A DNA stretch of 64,000 nucleotides from contig CAWIAD010000001.1 of the NCBI GenBank assembly GCA_963833985.1, forward strand, positions 1,376,001-1,440,000, written 5' to 3'. The DNA is from an uncultured Planctomycetaceae bacterium (lineage in GTDB: Bacteria; Planctomycetota; Planctomycetia; Isosphaerales; Isosphaeraceae). Below, in pieces: positions 19,868-30,483 of this stretch. Every line of letters begins with the position of its first letter. Positions within the stretch are counted from its first letter, which is position 1. The position numbers and the translations under genes are program-made. The notes under the pieces were generated by a model, which worked only from the letters and a program-made list of their open reading frames with translations, searched no databases and was not told the DNA's origin.

Positions 19868-21599
19868 ACGCCACGCGCGTGGGACCGACGCCGGAGAGCC
19901 CCTCGGACGCCGCGTCGCTGCCGGTCTCCCCCCAGCGCCCCACCACGATCGGCAACGCGGCGAACCGCGCCCGGAGCCGCCGGACCTGGTAACGGGCCTG
20001 CGCCAGAGGCTCCGGAGGCAGGTGCGCCAGAACGACCATTGCCGGGGATTCCTCCGCCACGAGCTCGGCGAGTTGCATGGGCGTGCCGGAGCCCTCGAGA
20101 TTCCCGAGCGAACACTTCGAGGGGTCGAGGATCAGTCCCAGCATTCGAAGTGTCAGGGCGTCGGCAGTGCCGCTTGCAGCCACGCCCGCGGCTTCGAATG
20201 GTGGTGCCCCGACTTTCCCGTTGACCTGACCGGGATCCCCTTCGCTCGACCGGCTGAGCGACCTGGCGCCAGGATCTGCCGTCACTTCCAGATCGTCGAG
20301 GATCTCACCGATGACTCGCAGGATGAAGGCCATCCCGCTCTCGTCCAGCTCACCAAGCGCCGCGTCGCGCCCGGCACGCGAGAGGGCAGGGACCAGCATC
20401 TGATCGAAGACCTCCACACGCGGACGTTCCTTCAGGGCGGCTTCGACGACGGCGGTGGCCCCGTCCTGGTCGAGCGAGACGAGCCGCTGGTAAAGCCTGA
20501 TATTCTGGTCAAGTTCGGCCTCCTCGCCAAGGAGGGTCGCGAAGAAGCCCAGGCTGGGAACGTACTTGCCGAGAACGGCCAGGCAGAGCGTCATGGGTGT
20601 CGACAGCAAGGTGCCGAGCAGCCCCCAGAGCCACGTCCAGAACATTGCCGCGATCAGGAGTCCAAGGGCCGACACGCCGGTGGTCCTGCCGTAGATGATT
20701 GGCTCCAGATAGTTCAGCGCCACCTCGACCGCCGCGAAGAGCGCGACCACTTCCAGCGGCTGACTCCAGCCGGGGAACTGTGCGACCGAGAAAACCAAGG
20801 GCAGCAGAAATGCCACTGCCGCCCCCACGTAGGGGATGAACCGCATCAGGGCCGCGAGACAACCCCAGAGCACGGCGAACGGCACGCCGATCGCCCAGAG
20901 GCCCAGGCCGACGATGAGACCGTACCCCGCGTTGACCAGCGAGATCATCGCCAAATAGCGGCTGATCCTCTGGCCGATCTCGCCCATGGTCCGGGTCGTA
21001 AGGTTGATCTGGCGCTGGCCAAAAAGCTGAACGATCCGATCTCCCACGTCCTCCCGGGACATGAGCATGAACAGGACCAGTATGAGCACGAAACCACCGA
21101 CGCCAATAAATTCCAGGGAAGGGCCGACGGCCGCCTGCAAGCGCTCGCGAAACGAGGGCTGCTGAACGACCCGCACGTCCATTGCCTCGGAGCCAGGGAC
21201 TACGGGCGTGTCGAGAGACTTGACCACATCGCCCGCGACTTGCTGTGCTCGGGACAACACAGTGTCATCCGATGGCTTCAGGAAGTTGACCTTCTTCTGG
21301 ATTTCCTTCTGATAGCTGGGTAGTTGATAAGCCAGTATCGAGAGCTGCCGCACGACGACGTAGCCAATTCCGCCGAGACTGCCGAGCGCGAGAGCGACCG
21401 TGAGCAGGACCGCGATGACCCGCGGCACGCGCCGCCGTTCGAAGAACCCCGCAAGCGGCGCCAATGCGAAGCTGAGCAGGACCGCCAGCGCCAGCGGCTT
21501 GAGCACCTCGGCCGCGAGCGACATCGCGGCGATGACCGCCAGGATGAGGAAGGTCACCACGGCTGGGTGGTCCATCGGTGACTTGTGTTGACTGCCCAT
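19758..21599 (-). CDS. AI-2E family transporter with C-terminal soluble domain
   Basis: PLALAVLLSFALAP, RFIPYVG, LEPIIYG, FWTWLWG..G.LLSTP. Confidence 0.9.
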   Translation of the reverse strand: MGSQHKSPMDHPAVVTFLILAVIAAMSLAAEVLKPLALAVLLSFALAPLAGFFERRRVPRVIAVLLTVALALGSLGGIGYVVVRQLSILAYQLPSYQKEIQKKVNFLKPSDDTVLSRAQQVAGDVVKSLDTPVVPGSEAMDVRVVQQPSFRERLQAAVGPSLEFIGVGGFVLILVLFMLMSREDVGDRIVQLFGQRQINLTTRTMGEIGQRISRYLAMISLVNAGYGLIVGLGLWAIGVPFAVLWGCLAALMRFIPYVGAAVAFLLPLVFSVAQFPGWSQPLEVVALFAAVEVALNYLEPIIYGRTTGVSALGLLIAAMFWTWLWGLLGTLLSTPMTLCLAVLGKYVPSLGFFATLLGEEAELDQNIRLYQRLVSLDQDGATAVVEAALKERPRVEVFDQMLVPALSRAGRDAALGELDESGMAFILRVIGEILDDLEVTADPGARSLSRSSEGDPGQVNGKVGAPPFEAAGVAASGTADALTLRMLGLILDPSKCSLGNLEGSGTPMQLAELVAEESPAMVVLAHLPPEPLAQARYQVRRLRARFAALPIVVGRWGETGSDAASEGLSGVGPTRVAFTLADARDQILARATSAVPVAVVPAPAMTTAAAATG

Positions 21600-21679
21600 C
21601 GTGGCGTTCCTATGGAAGTCACCCGGATGTCACAGGTCCGCGAGGAGACCGGCGAACTGTTGCCACTATCCGGCGGCGC

Positions 21680-22069
21680 TCATCGTCCCCTGATCGCCAG
21701 CCCCGCTATGAGTCCGGCCACCAGGCCGATGCCGAAGGCGGCGACCACCGTCTCCGTCGGGTGGTGGCGGACCAGACTCTCGGCACTATCGTACCGTTCC
21801 CGGACCTGGTCGCTCACCCGATGGGCGTACTGGCCGGCGGCCTCGGCCGCATGTGTGACAGCCGATGAGCCGCGCGCGGTCATCTCGGTGAAGAATGTCT
21901 CGATCGCCTCGCGACCCTCGCCAGTCTTCTGCTGGATCCGGCCGATGAGCTGTTCGATGTTTTTTTCTTGTACCCGGAGGTCGTCCTCGGTCAACTGACT
22001 CCAGCGCTGCCTCGCCTGATCGCAGAGGTAGTTCCACTCTCCCTGTATCCTCTGGGCATTGGTCGCCAT
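21680..22069 (-). CDS. CsbD-domain protein with DUF883-like C-terminal TM
   Basis: QGEWN..ARQRWSQLTEDDL..LIGRIQQKTG; VRHHP..AAFGIGLVAG. Confidence 0.85.
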   Translation of the reverse strand: MATNAQRIQGEWNYLCDQARQRWSQLTEDDLRVQEKNIEQLIGRIQQKTGEGREAIETFFTEMTARGSSAVTHAAEAAGQYAHRVSDQVRERYDSAESLVRHHPTETVVAAFGIGLVAGLIAGLAIRGR

Positions 22070-22184
22070 GATCGTCGGACTCCTTGGTTGCGGGATCGGC
22101 CGGTGCGATCCCGGCCTCCCTGGTGGATATCGATTCAATCTCAATGAGCCATCGGGGATTCCAAGTCCCTGCGAATGGCTGCTC

Positions 22185-22658
22185 TCACAGACGACGCCGG
22201 GGGCGCAATCGTGCGCTGGCGCTCGTGACAAGGACGGTCCGGGCCCATGCCAGGTTGAGCCAGAGTTGCTTGCGCGAGCGGCGGAAGCTGTCGAAGCTGT
22301 ACCTGAGCCGCATCCCGGCCAACCCCGCCACCACTCCCCCGAGAACCATCGAGGCACCGGCCATCAGGAGCATCGCCCAACCCTGGTGAATCTTCAGTGC
22401 GGAGGCGATCAGCCAGCCCGCGCCGAGCAGCGCCACCGGAACGCTGCTCACGATCACGGAGAGGCCCGCCACGGTCAAAGCGATGGGAATCGCCGACTTC
22501 CGGGCGGCTTCCCTGAAGTCGACGGCCGCGAGCCTGGCCTGGAGTTCGGCAAGCGACGCGACGTCGTCGACGAACTCGGCGACGCCATCGGGCCCCACCG
22601 AGCTGGAACCGGGCACACCTGCCGCCACGCGACCGTTCACGGACGCCTGATCAACCAT
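22185..22658 (-). CDS. Phage-holin-family (YqjE-like) membrane protein
   Basis: LAELQARLA.VD, two TM helices, between DUF883 and CsbD genes. Confidence 0.7.
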   Translation of the reverse strand: MVDQASVNGRVAAGVPGSSSVGPDGVAEFVDDVASLAELQARLAAVDFREAARKSAIPIALTVAGLSVIVSSVPVALLGAGWLIASALKIHQGWAMLLMAGASMVLGGVVAGLAGMRLRYSFDSFRRSRKQLWLNLAWARTVLVTSASARLRPRRRL

Positions 22659-22849
22659 CCCAGTACGACTCCTGTGCAAAGCGCGATCCCCAGAGCCTTT
22701 ACGGGTTCTCTGGCCACATAGTCCCGCACCATGTCTCTCCCCTCGGCCAGCCGCTCACGAGCGACAGCCACGTCCTGGTGCGCCATGGCCCGGATTTCTT
22801 CCAGGCCGGGAGTAAACTCCGATTTCGTGCCTTGAACGCGGTCATTCAT
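22637..22849 (-). CDS. DUF883/ElaB-like small protein
   Basis: YVAREPVKALGIA..GVVLGWLIRR. Confidence 0.75.
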   Translation of the reverse strand: MNDRVQGTKSEFTPGLEEIRAMAHQDVAVARERLAEGRDMVRDYVAREPVKALGIALCTGVVLGWLIRRP

Positions 22850-22905
22850 TGTCTTTTCCTCATAAATGCATGCTTTGATTAAATCCGTTGTTTCGACTCG
22901 GTGTC

Positions 22906-23379
22906 CTACCGGTCTGCACTGTCCATCCAGCCGCGCCGCTCCTCGGCCGCCGGCGAGACAGCGATCCGGTCCCTGGGCCTGTTCGAGTCACGTTGTTCGA
23001 GCCAGTTCAGCAGGTAATTCTGGCCGGCATGGACGGCCACGGGGAACAGGATGCCCCAGGCGCCGAGCAGCAGATTCTGGACGGTCCTCGATCGTTTCCG
23101 ACCCACGGTGCTGGCTCCCGCGATCGGTTCAACAGCCTGAGCCCCATCTGCCAATGCTGCGGTATCGGCCGAGACCTTCTGATGCCCGCTGGTGTAGACC
23201 AGGAATCCAACTGAAGCCGCCGCGCCCAAGGCGATCCAGGGATACGTCCACGTGTACCTTCCCCAATCAACGACCGCCTCGGCGCCGGCGACCGATTCGC
23301 GCACGTTCGTATGAAGCTCGCGGCGAATCACCGCCATGCGATTGTAGATCTCATCAACGTCATTCGATCCCGCGGCCAC
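22906..23379 (-). CDS. Conserved hypothetical membrane protein (DUF3618-like N-terminus)
   Basis: DEI..RMA.IRREL, YPWIALGAAA.VGFL; GGAGAG RBS. Confidence 0.6.
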   Translation of the reverse strand: MAAGSNDVDEIYNRMAVIRRELHTNVRESVAGAEAVVDWGRYTWTYPWIALGAAASVGFLVYTSGHQKVSADTAALADGAQAVEPIAGASTVGRKRSRTVQNLLLGAWGILFPVAVHAGQNYLLNWLEQRDSNRPRDRIAVSPAAEERRGWMDSADR

Positions 23380-23443
23380 GGTTCTCTCCCTGCGAGCTTC
23401 CGGAATCCGGCCTGAAGTTCACGCGAAGTTGACGCCATGAAGA

Positions 23444-23614
23444 TCAAACGGCCGGCCCCCACCTCCTGCCAAAGATCAGCGAGATCACGAACAGGGCCAG
23501 GAAAACGAACAGCAAAATCTTGGCGATCATCCCGAGAGTACCGGCAAGGGCCACGAAGCCCAGGACGCCGGCGAGCAAGGCGAGGATCGCGAATGTGATG
23601 GCATACCCGAGCAT
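23444..23614 (-). CDS. DUF1328 (YtjA-like) small membrane protein
   Basis: [29 protein letters not shown]. Confidence 0.88.
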   Translation of the reverse strand: MLGYAITFAILALLAGVLGFVALAGTLGMIAKILLFVFLALFVISLIFGRRWGPAV

Positions 23615-23757
23615 GGAAGGCTCTCCTCTCACGGAAAAGGCTGGTGCTTACCGCGAGCTGGGTCCGCCCCAGGCCTCGCAACGAGAATAATGACGATTCG
23701 GGAGTCAAGCGTGACGTACCCCTTGCAGCAGCAGCGGGCAGACCAGATCCAGATTCC

Positions 23758-23916
23758 TCAAATGCGCCCCAGGAGGACCAGGATCAGGACGATTACCAAG
23801 ACCAGGCCCAGGCCGCCGCTGGGGCCGTAGCCCCAGTTCCGGCTATAGCCCCAGCGCGGGAAGGCACCCAGCAGGAGCAGGATCAAGACAATCAGCAAGA
23901 TCATCCCGAGACTCAT
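23758..23916 (-). CDS. DUF3309-family small membrane protein (52 aa, not in ORF track)
   Basis: Translated by hand: MSLGMILLIVLILLLLGAFPRWGYSRNWGYGPSGGLGLVLVIVLILVLLGRI. Confidence 0.85.
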   Translation of the reverse strand: MSLGMILLIVLILLLLGAFPRWGYSRNWGYGPSGGLGLVLVIVLILVLLGRI

Positions 23917-23980
23917 CGATTACCCCTTTTGATGGTCTGACATCTCATGGAAGCCGGTGCCTTGAACGCCTCGGCAAGCG

Positions 23981-24089
23981 AAACAAAAAAGCCGACGTGG
24001 TGGAACACCCAGAGGTATTCGACCACGTCGGCTTACTCGTCAACGAGCCCCCCGGCCAAGCCGGGTTGCCCTTTATCTAGTCATCCGAC
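23981..24089 (-). ncRNA. Structured cis-regulatory leader, copy 1 (P1 vs terminator)
   Basis: GUCGG-AUG-ACU AGAUAAA GGGC-AA-CCCGG-CUUGG-CCGGG-GG-GCUC GUUGACG AGU-AAG-CCGAC, then terminator and U tract; upstream of DUF3309 operon. Confidence 0.8.
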
Positions 24090-24152
24090 AACTTCGATCC
24101 AACTTTTCACCGGAGCCGAACGTGAGTTGACACTGACTCCGGAACTACATTC

Positions 24153-24180
24153 ATTGTCCTGCGTGAGAATGGAAAAGCAA
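24153..24180 (-). promoter_or_regulatory. Conserved sigma70-like promoter of leader copy 1
   Basis: TTGCTT-N16-GACAAT about 64 nt upstream of the leader; homologous block before copies 2-5. Confidence 0.55.
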
Positions 24181-24288
24181 GTGAATTCTTTACCGATTTC
24201 TTGTGCCATCGATCTGTGCGATCTTCATGCGGGGGAGTCTGGCCCGCAACGAAGGCGGGCTGACATCGTTTCCTCGAAGCAATGGCGT

Positions 24289-24495
24289 TCAGCGGCCCGC
24301 GTCCTTGATCTTCTCACCCACGTTGTGCACAACATCCTTGCTTTTCTCGGCAACGTTGTGCGCGGCGTCCTTGACCTTCGCGCCGACATCATGTGCGGCA
24401 TCCCTGGTCTTCTCGGCAACGTTGTGCGCGGCATCCTTGACCTTCACAGCAGCGTCGTGAATCCCCTCCTTCATCTTGTCGCCCGTGTTCGCCAT
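24289..24495 (-). CDS. LEA-like hydrophilic protein with 11-residue repeats (68 aa)
   Basis: KVKDAAHNVAE/KTRDAAHDVGA/KVKDAAHNVAE/KSKDVVHNVGE; AGGAG RBS. Confidence 0.8.
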   Translation of the reverse strand: MANTGDKMKEGIHDAAVKVKDAAHNVAEKTRDAAHDVGAKVKDAAHNVAEKSKDVVHNVGEKIKDAGR

Positions 24496-24856
24496 GGTCT
24501 GTCTCCTGTTCCGATGGTGGAAGTCATGAAAAAAACACCCTCTCGCGCGACTGCTCACGCAGCAGGGCCACCTTGACCTTGAACTCCCCACCCCATCGAA
24601 AGTGGGGAAGTTCTAACTTCACTTGATGTCAGACGTTTCCAGATGTCAATAGGTTTCTGGTCAGCGATCGATCTTGTGCTCCGGATCAACGTCGGCCTTC
24701 GGCGATTTACGTCCCCGCACTCCGGATCCAGATTGATCCTCAAGAGGACGAGACCCGGACCACCCAGGTCGTGCCGTGCCGCGACCATGATTCATCAGGA
24801 GAGACTCACCGATTCGGACGTGCAGAATGGCCGGTTGGCCTGATCAGGAAGGATAC

Positions 24857-26785
24857 TCACAGATCGGAGATCTCTTTCGGGGGAAGTGCAGCCCTCAAGG
24901 CGTTCACCACCGCAAGGACATCGATAACCTCTTGGCTGATCGCTCCGCCTACTGGACTCAGATGACCGGTCGCCGCGAACACCATGCCGACAATGCTGAG
25001 GACCATTCCGCCCACGGCGCTCTGCAGCGCGATCGAACGCATCCGGCGGCTGATGTGCATGAACTCGTCCACTTTCTTGATGGAGTTATCCATGACCACG
25101 ACCCCCGCTGCTTCCGCGGTCACGTCGCTGTTCTGCCCGATCGCCATGCCCACCGTTGCGGCCATCATGGCCGGGGCGTCATTGATGCCATCACCGACAT
25201 AGAGCGTTTTCGCCTTTGCCGTTTCGGTGCGGACAATGGCCAGCTTCTCTTCGGGACTTTTCTGGGCCTCGATCTCGGTGATGCCAACCTGCTCGGCCAG
25301 GTAGCGAACCTCGGATTCACGATCTCCCGACACGATCATCAATCGCTTGAATTGGTGCCGGGGTCCCAGGTGCGATATGAAGGAGCGGCTCTCCGCGCGT
25401 GGAGCATCACGAAACCGCAAGGCCCCCGCATAGCGATGGCCGATTGCCACCACACACTCGAGCCCACCTGCGACAGGAGGGAGTTGATCGGTCCCCGCGG
25501 TCGCTTGCGCGATGAGCTTGCTGCGACTCGTGATCTGTAATTGATGTGTGGAAACGGATCCGAGCAGACCGTGGCCAGGCTGGTCGCTGACCTCGGTGGC
25601 GTCCAGGAGTTGAATTCCCTCTTCCTTCGCCGCGGCGAGAATGGCCCGCGCCAACGGATGTTTCGAGTATCTTTCCAGACTCGCTACCAGGGTCAGTACC
25701 TCGTTTTGCTCAAAGCCAGGAGCGACGAGTTGCTCAGTCAGCTTCGGCTGGCCATACGTTAGCGTCCCGGTCTTGTCGAAGATCGCAGTCCGGCACTCGG
25801 CGATTTGCTCAAGTACCACGGGGCTCTTGATTATGATGGCCCGACGTGCACAGAGGGAAATAGAGCCGATGATGGCAATCGGTATCGCGAGGAGCAAAGG
25901 GCAAGGCGTGGCGATGACCAGCACCGCAAGGAATCGAACGGCCTCTCCACTCAGGGCCCACGCGAGGATTGCGACCGTGACTGCAATCGGAGTATAAATC
26001 GCCCCCAATCGATCACCCATCCGCCGCAATTGCGGTCGCTTCTCCTCGGATTCGCGCATGACGAGCATGATCTTGGCGTAGCGCGAATCGGCGGCTCGTT
26101 GGGTCGCCCTGATGGACAGGGCCGATTCGCCATTGAGCGCACCCGAGATGACCGTCGAGCCCGAGGTCTTGCTCATCTGAAATGGCTCGCCCGTGAGATA
26201 GGATTCGTCCATGACGCCGCGTCCTTCGATGACCACGCCATCCACCGGGCAGATGTCATGGGGATAGATCACGAGCGTTTCTCCTACGACAATGTCCGCC
26301 AGAGCCACGTCGGTGATCTGGCCATCCTTCTTCCGGTGAGCCATCGAAGGCATCCTTTTGGCCAGCGCAGCCAGCACCGATGAGGCGCTGCGCAGGGCGT
26401 AACTCTCGAGCGCTTCCCCACCTGCCAGCATCAACACGATGATCGATCCGGCCAGGTACTCGCCCAGCAGGACCGAAGTGATAATGGAAATGCCTCCCAG
26501 CAGATCAGAACCGAATTCCCGCTTCAGGAGCTTCAGGAACAGCTCGTAGAGGAGAGGAATTCCTCCTAGAATGATCGTGGCCAGCAGGGGAAGCTGGTAG
26601 ACTGAGGGACTCACCTGAAAGGCGAATCGCAGCATGAGATGTGCGAGGATCGCCACGACACAAAGAGCCGCGATGACCGTGCTCATGCGATGCCAGAAAG
26701 CGTCCAGTGATTCCCTTATCCAACCGTGTGTCGGTTGATGGTTCAGCGTTGAGTCTGTCATCTTCGGTTCGTGGTCGGTCTTCAT
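24857..26785 (-). CDS. Heavy-metal P1B-type ATPase (P1B-5-like)
   Basis: LTGE, ATPCP, DKTGTLT, HP, GDGIND, QEVID in last TM. Confidence 0.92.
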   Translation of the reverse strand: MKTDHEPKMTDSTLNHQPTHGWIRESLDAFWHRMSTVIAALCVVAILAHLMLRFAFQVSPSVYQLPLLATIILGGIPLLYELFLKLLKREFGSDLLGGISIITSVLLGEYLAGSIIVLMLAGGEALESYALRSASSVLAALAKRMPSMAHRKKDGQITDVALADIVVGETLVIYPHDICPVDGVVIEGRGVMDESYLTGEPFQMSKTSGSTVISGALNGESALSIRATQRAADSRYAKIMLVMRESEEKRPQLRRMGDRLGAIYTPIAVTVAILAWALSGEAVRFLAVLVIATPCPLLLAIPIAIIGSISLCARRAIIIKSPVVLEQIAECRTAIFDKTGTLTYGQPKLTEQLVAPGFEQNEVLTLVASLERYSKHPLARAILAAAKEEGIQLLDATEVSDQPGHGLLGSVSTHQLQITSRSKLIAQATAGTDQLPPVAGGLECVVAIGHRYAGALRFRDAPRAESRSFISHLGPRHQFKRLMIVSGDRESEVRYLAEQVGITEIEAQKSPEEKLAIVRTETAKAKTLYVGDGINDAPAMMAATVGMAIGQNSDVTAEAAGVVVMDNSIKKVDEFMHISRRMRSIALQSAVGGMVLSIVGMVFAATGHLSPVGGAISQEVIDVLAVVNALRAALPPKEISDL

Positions 26786-26882
26786 TTCACTTCATTGAAC
26801 GGGTGCGGGAGCTTCTTGGAGGGGGCGTTGCATGTCACCGAATCTTTTTGCATATTATTCATAAGTGCGCGTGATTATCACT

Positions 26883-27308
26883 TCACTCGTCAGAGCACTC
26901 GGATCCCCGGGGGAGGATGAGCCACTCGTTCCGGATCTCCCCTGACGGCGCATACCTCTTCAGCACCTTGAAGACGGCCCAGGCAAGGCGCTCCGGATCG
27001 ACCTCTGGGTTGTTGCGGAAGGCCGTCGCGATTTGAGAGAGGAAAGCCTGCTTCTCGCTCTCCCGTGGTGGCGTCCCACTCGGACTCCAGCCCTCGTAAT
27101 ACATGCCACGGACCAGGAGTGGCAGTTGCGAGCCCAGGGCAGCCACTGCCTCTAAAGGGAGTCGGTCCCGGAGTGCATGGAGGACAACCTGCAATGCGCG
27201 GTAGGCCCGAGTACGGTCCTGCCAGCCCAGGTCGGCCATCAAATCACATAGCCAGAGATCCGTCGTATGAAGAGTCGTTGCAATGGGCGAGCATCTAGTT
27301 AATAGCAT
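26883..27308 (-). CDS. DUF2267-family protein
   Basis: AYRAL..VLHALRDRLP..LGSQLPLLVRG.YYEGW; AAGGAG RBS. Confidence 0.85.
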   Translation of the reverse strand: MLLTRCSPIATTLHTTDLWLCDLMADLGWQDRTRAYRALQVVLHALRDRLPLEAVAALGSQLPLLVRGMYYEGWSPSGTPPRESEKQAFLSQIATAFRNNPEVDPERLAWAVFKVLKRYAPSGEIRNEWLILPRGSECSDE

Positions 27309-27447
27309 ATCTTATACTCCTTTTATAAGAATTGGACTCCGGGAAAAAACACTGGGCATGAAAGATATGCTTGAGCAGCTGTTTCACCGCATGAGGTCCC
27401 TCCAGCATTGAATGGAATCCTCGGATATTCCTTCCCCGCTTGATGAT

Positions 27448-27837
27448 TCAGAAGTTTGACTTCTTTTTGACTTCACGGAACTGGGGTCCCTCTGCCAGGG
27501 TAAAGAGAACGACCTCTTCACCGGTCACTGTGCTGATGTCGTGGTGCATGCTCAGCACCTGGCTGCCAGTGCACTCATCGACCATCGCTTCCATGATCGG
27601 CCGCGCAGTTTCGAGCAGATAGGTCCGGACTTGCTTGAGCAGGTCTCTGCCCTTCTCGGCCGGAAACGACTTGACCAGATTCTGTTCGGCGGCAGTTAAG
27701 ACGCCCTGAAGGCGTACCACGATGAGATCATCGATCAAATGTGTGCGGATAGCCTTGTGTCCACGGCCCGTGTACTCCAGCTCGAAGCGACTCATGCCCT
27801 GACAGATGGAGGCTTCGATCTCGCCCTGCGTTTTCAT
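27448..27837 (-). CDS. DUF2294/MpsC-family protein (A-type)
   Basis: MKTQGEIEA.IC, VRLQGVLTAAE, GRDLLKQVR, SMHHDISTVTGEEV. Confidence 0.88.
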   Translation of the reverse strand: MKTQGEIEASICQGMSRFELEYTGRGHKAIRTHLIDDLIVVRLQGVLTAAEQNLVKSFPAEKGRDLLKQVRTYLLETARPIMEAMVDECTGSQVLSMHHDISTVTGEEVVLFTLAEGPQFREVKKKSNF

Positions 27838-27980
27838 GGTGACCTCCAACCCGTCCCCTCTCGCAGTCGAGAGGACGCAAGCTCGGAGTTTCCCGGATGC
27901 CAAACGAGTCCACGTTTTCCGTTCCTCGGTCGTTCAGGGTCTCTCACCTCCACCATACGCGATGCTGGGTGAGGGTTCAC

Positions 27981-28008
27981 TTGCTTTTCTCGTCTAGCGC
28001 GGCACAAT
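27981..28008 (+). promoter_or_regulatory. Conserved sigma70-like promoter of leader copy 2
   Basis: TTGCTT-N16-CACAAT. Confidence 0.55.
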
Positions 28009-28064
28009 AAGCGAGGTCAGAGAGCCGTCAACAGTCGGCTCTCATGAAAACTTGAATCCAGGCC

Positions 28065-28172
28065 GTCGGCCGACTAGATGAAGAGCAACCCGGCTGGTCT
28101 GGGGGGCTGGTTAGCGAGTAAGTCGACGTGGTCGAATACCTTGGGGTGTTCCGCCACGTCGGCTTTTTTTTT
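28065..28172 (+). ncRNA. Structured cis-regulatory leader, copy 2
   Basis: Same motif and spacing as copy 1; terminator with U9; 45 nt before radical SAM ATG. Confidence 0.8.
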
Positions 28173-28216
28173 CATTTGCGGTGACGCCGAGCGGTCGCAG
28201 GCACCAGGAACGCACC

Positions 28217-29797
28217 ATGACTGATCTACTCCGGGTCGTGATCCTCAAGCCCAGCAAGTACAGGGCAGACGGCTACGTAGAACGTTTTCGATGGGGGTTC
28301 ATGCCCAACAGCACCCTGCCGCATTTCCGGAGCATGACGCCGGACAGGCTGGGCGGCACGCAGGTGGAAGTCCACACGGTCGACGAATACGTCCATACCG
28401 ACCTGGGGTACCTGTCCCTGCTCAGGGGGCGCCGGGGTGTCCGGACGCTGGTGGCTCTGGTGGGAGTGCAGAGCCATCAGTTCCACCGCGCGCTGGACCT
28501 CGCGGCGTATGCCCGGCGAAACGGCTGCCTGGCGGTCATCGGTGGCCCCCACGTGATGACCTGCGACACGTCGATGCTGCACGACCGCGGGGTGAGCTTC
28601 GCGCTGGCCGAGGCGGAGTTGGTCTGGCGGGAAATCCTTGAGGACGCGCTGGGGGGCGAGTTGCGGCCGGTCTATGGCGCGGAAGGGCGGTGGCAGCTTG
28701 AGCTGGAGGCGCCGGTCGTCGTGCCGCCGGGCCGGCAAGACCTGCGCCGCTACATCATCCCGATGCTCGGGCTGTACCCGGCCCGCGGGTGCCAGTTCAC
28801 ATGCAACTTCTGCTCGGTGATCAAGATCGCCGGGCGGCGGATTCGCAGCCAGAGCATCGACACTACCCTGGCCAGTCTCCGCGCCGCCAAGGCGGGGGGC
28901 GTGCGCACGATCATGTTCACCTCGGACAACTTCAACAAGTATCCCGAGGCCGAGGAGTTGCTTTCGGCCATCGTGAAGGAGCGCCTGGGGCTGGAGTTCT
29001 TCGTGCAGTGTGATACGCAGGTCGCTAGACAGGAGCGCCTGGTGGCGCTTCTGGCCCAGGCCGGGTGCTACCAGATGTTCGTCGGCGTCGAGTCGTTCAA
29101 CCGCCAGACCTTGCTGGCGGCCCGGAAGGGACAGAACCGTCCGGAGATGTACCGCGACATTGTACGACTGTGCCGCGAACACCGAATCAGCTCGCACTTT
29201 TCCAACATCATCGGCTTCCCGCAGGACATGGAAGAGGACGTGGACCAGCACCTGGAAATGCTCCGCGAGCTGGGCCCGACGTTCGCCTCCTTCTACATCC
29301 TCTGCCCGATTCCCGGCACCGAGCAGTATGACAAGTTCGTGGCCGAGGGCCTGGTCACGGAAAACAACCTTGACCGATTCGACACGACGTGTCTGACCTG
29401 GCGCCACCCCCACTTCTCGCGCGAAGAGTTGGCCGGGTTGCTGTTTCGGTGTTATCGCAAGTTCTACTCGTCTGGCCACGCGGTGCGCAACTTGATGGAC
29501 CTCGGCGGGCGGAGAGGTGGGGTGCTGGCGGAGTCGGTGGGGATCACTGGCATGGCGCTGTTCAATCGATATTGCACGTGGCGGCGGACCCATCCCATGT
29601 CGGGCGGGATCATCCGCGTGATGCGGGACCGTGTGGACGACTTCCTCCATCTGCGCAAGGACACGTTCGGCTTCAAGCTGGTTCCGCTGCCGCGCAGCTT
29701 GCAACTGGTGGAGGCGGACAGCTTGCTGAACCGGGCTATCGATCCGCAGGCGTGGACGAGTCTGTCACGCGCAACCGGCCACTCGATCGAGCACTGA
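28217..29797 (+). CDS. B12-binding-domain radical SAM protein
   Basis: VIGGPHV, RGCQFTCNFC (CxxxCxxC), DNF, FVGVES, IIGFP, PIPGT. Confidence 0.88.
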   Translation: MTDLLRVVILKPSKYRADGYVERFRWGFMPNSTLPHFRSMTPDRLGGTQVEVHTVDEYVHTDLGYLSLLRGRRGVRTLVALVGVQSHQFHRALDLAAYARRNGCLAVIGGPHVMTCDTSMLHDRGVSFALAEAELVWREILEDALGGELRPVYGAEGRWQLELEAPVVVPPGRQDLRRYIIPMLGLYPARGCQFTCNFCSVIKIAGRRIRSQSIDTTLASLRAAKAGGVRTIMFTSDNFNKYPEAEELLSAIVKERLGLEFFVQCDTQVARQERLVALLAQAGCYQMFVGVESFNRQTLLAARKGQNRPEMYRDIVRLCREHRISSHFSNIIGFPQDMEEDVDQHLEMLRELGPTFASFYILCPIPGTEQYDKFVAEGLVTENNLDRFDTTCLTWRHPHFSREELAGLLFRCYRKFYSSGHAVRNLMDLGGRRGGVLAESVGITGMALFNRYCTWRRTHPMSGGIIRVMRDRVDDFLHLRKDTFGFKLVPLPRSLQLVEADSLLNRAIDPQAWTSLSRATGHSIEH

Positions 29798-29895
29798 TCG
29801 GGTGGTCATCAGGTGCGCCGGGATGGGGTGTCCGACTTTCTAACGGCTCGCAAGGCCGCTTTGCTTCCACCTCGTCTTTGATCTTCAGGGCGCAT

Positions 29896-30054
29896 CTATT
29901 TTGACACGACCCACAGGGCATGAACCATCCCTGGGAAGAACAGCAATAAGCAGAGCAGGATATTGATGAGAAGGTCCTTGCCAAAGCCCCGTTTCAGCAC
30001 GACGGCGACCGGTGGCAGGAAGATAGCGATCAAGATCAAGACCAACTTGTTCAC
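29896..30054 (-). CDS. YqaE/Pmp3-family membrane protein (52 aa, not in ORF track)
   Basis: Translated by hand: MNKLVLILIAIFLPPVAVVLKRGFGKDLLINILLCLLLFFPGMVHALWVVSK. Confidence 0.85.
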   Translation of the reverse strand: MNKLVLILIAIFLPPVAVVLKRGFGKDLLINILLCLLLFFPGMVHALWVVSK

Positions 30055-30483
30055 GATTCTTGAGCTCCGCTTAGAGTGGAGGGCGTCTCGTCAAGGTGCG
30101 CCGCCCCGCCCCGACCCATCAGCTCAACAGAGAAGGACTTCGAGAACAAGGTCCGACTGATCCGAACCGTCGAACGGCAACGTCTCGGGCAGCCCGTGCC
30201 GGCCGGCGACGTGGGCGCCGACCAGACGGTTGTCCCAGGCGATGAGCTTCGTGGAGATCCTCGCTGGCGGCGCAGCTCATCGCCGCGGCGTACCGGCTTG
30301 TCCTCTCAGTTCACCGATTTCCTTGGACTCAGGCGGGGCGTTCGCGTTAAATCAGCATCATCGCGCAACGAATACCGAAGAAAGACGCGGGAACGAAGCC
30401 AGCCAGGGAATTCTCGTCGAGACGTGATTCAACCCCGATCGGCGATATGGGATCAATGCCATTAATAATCCCGGAGCTTCAAC

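Noticed and set aside
22185..22658. Prophage suggested by holin-family gene
   Set aside because: YqjE-like stress-cluster member; no phage genes nearby
23947..24576. ORFs across leaders (also 34732-35076, 39084-39356, 43834-44358, 44478-45332) sharing peptide similarity
   Set aside because: Similarity reflects the conserved RNA; frames and strands are inconsistent
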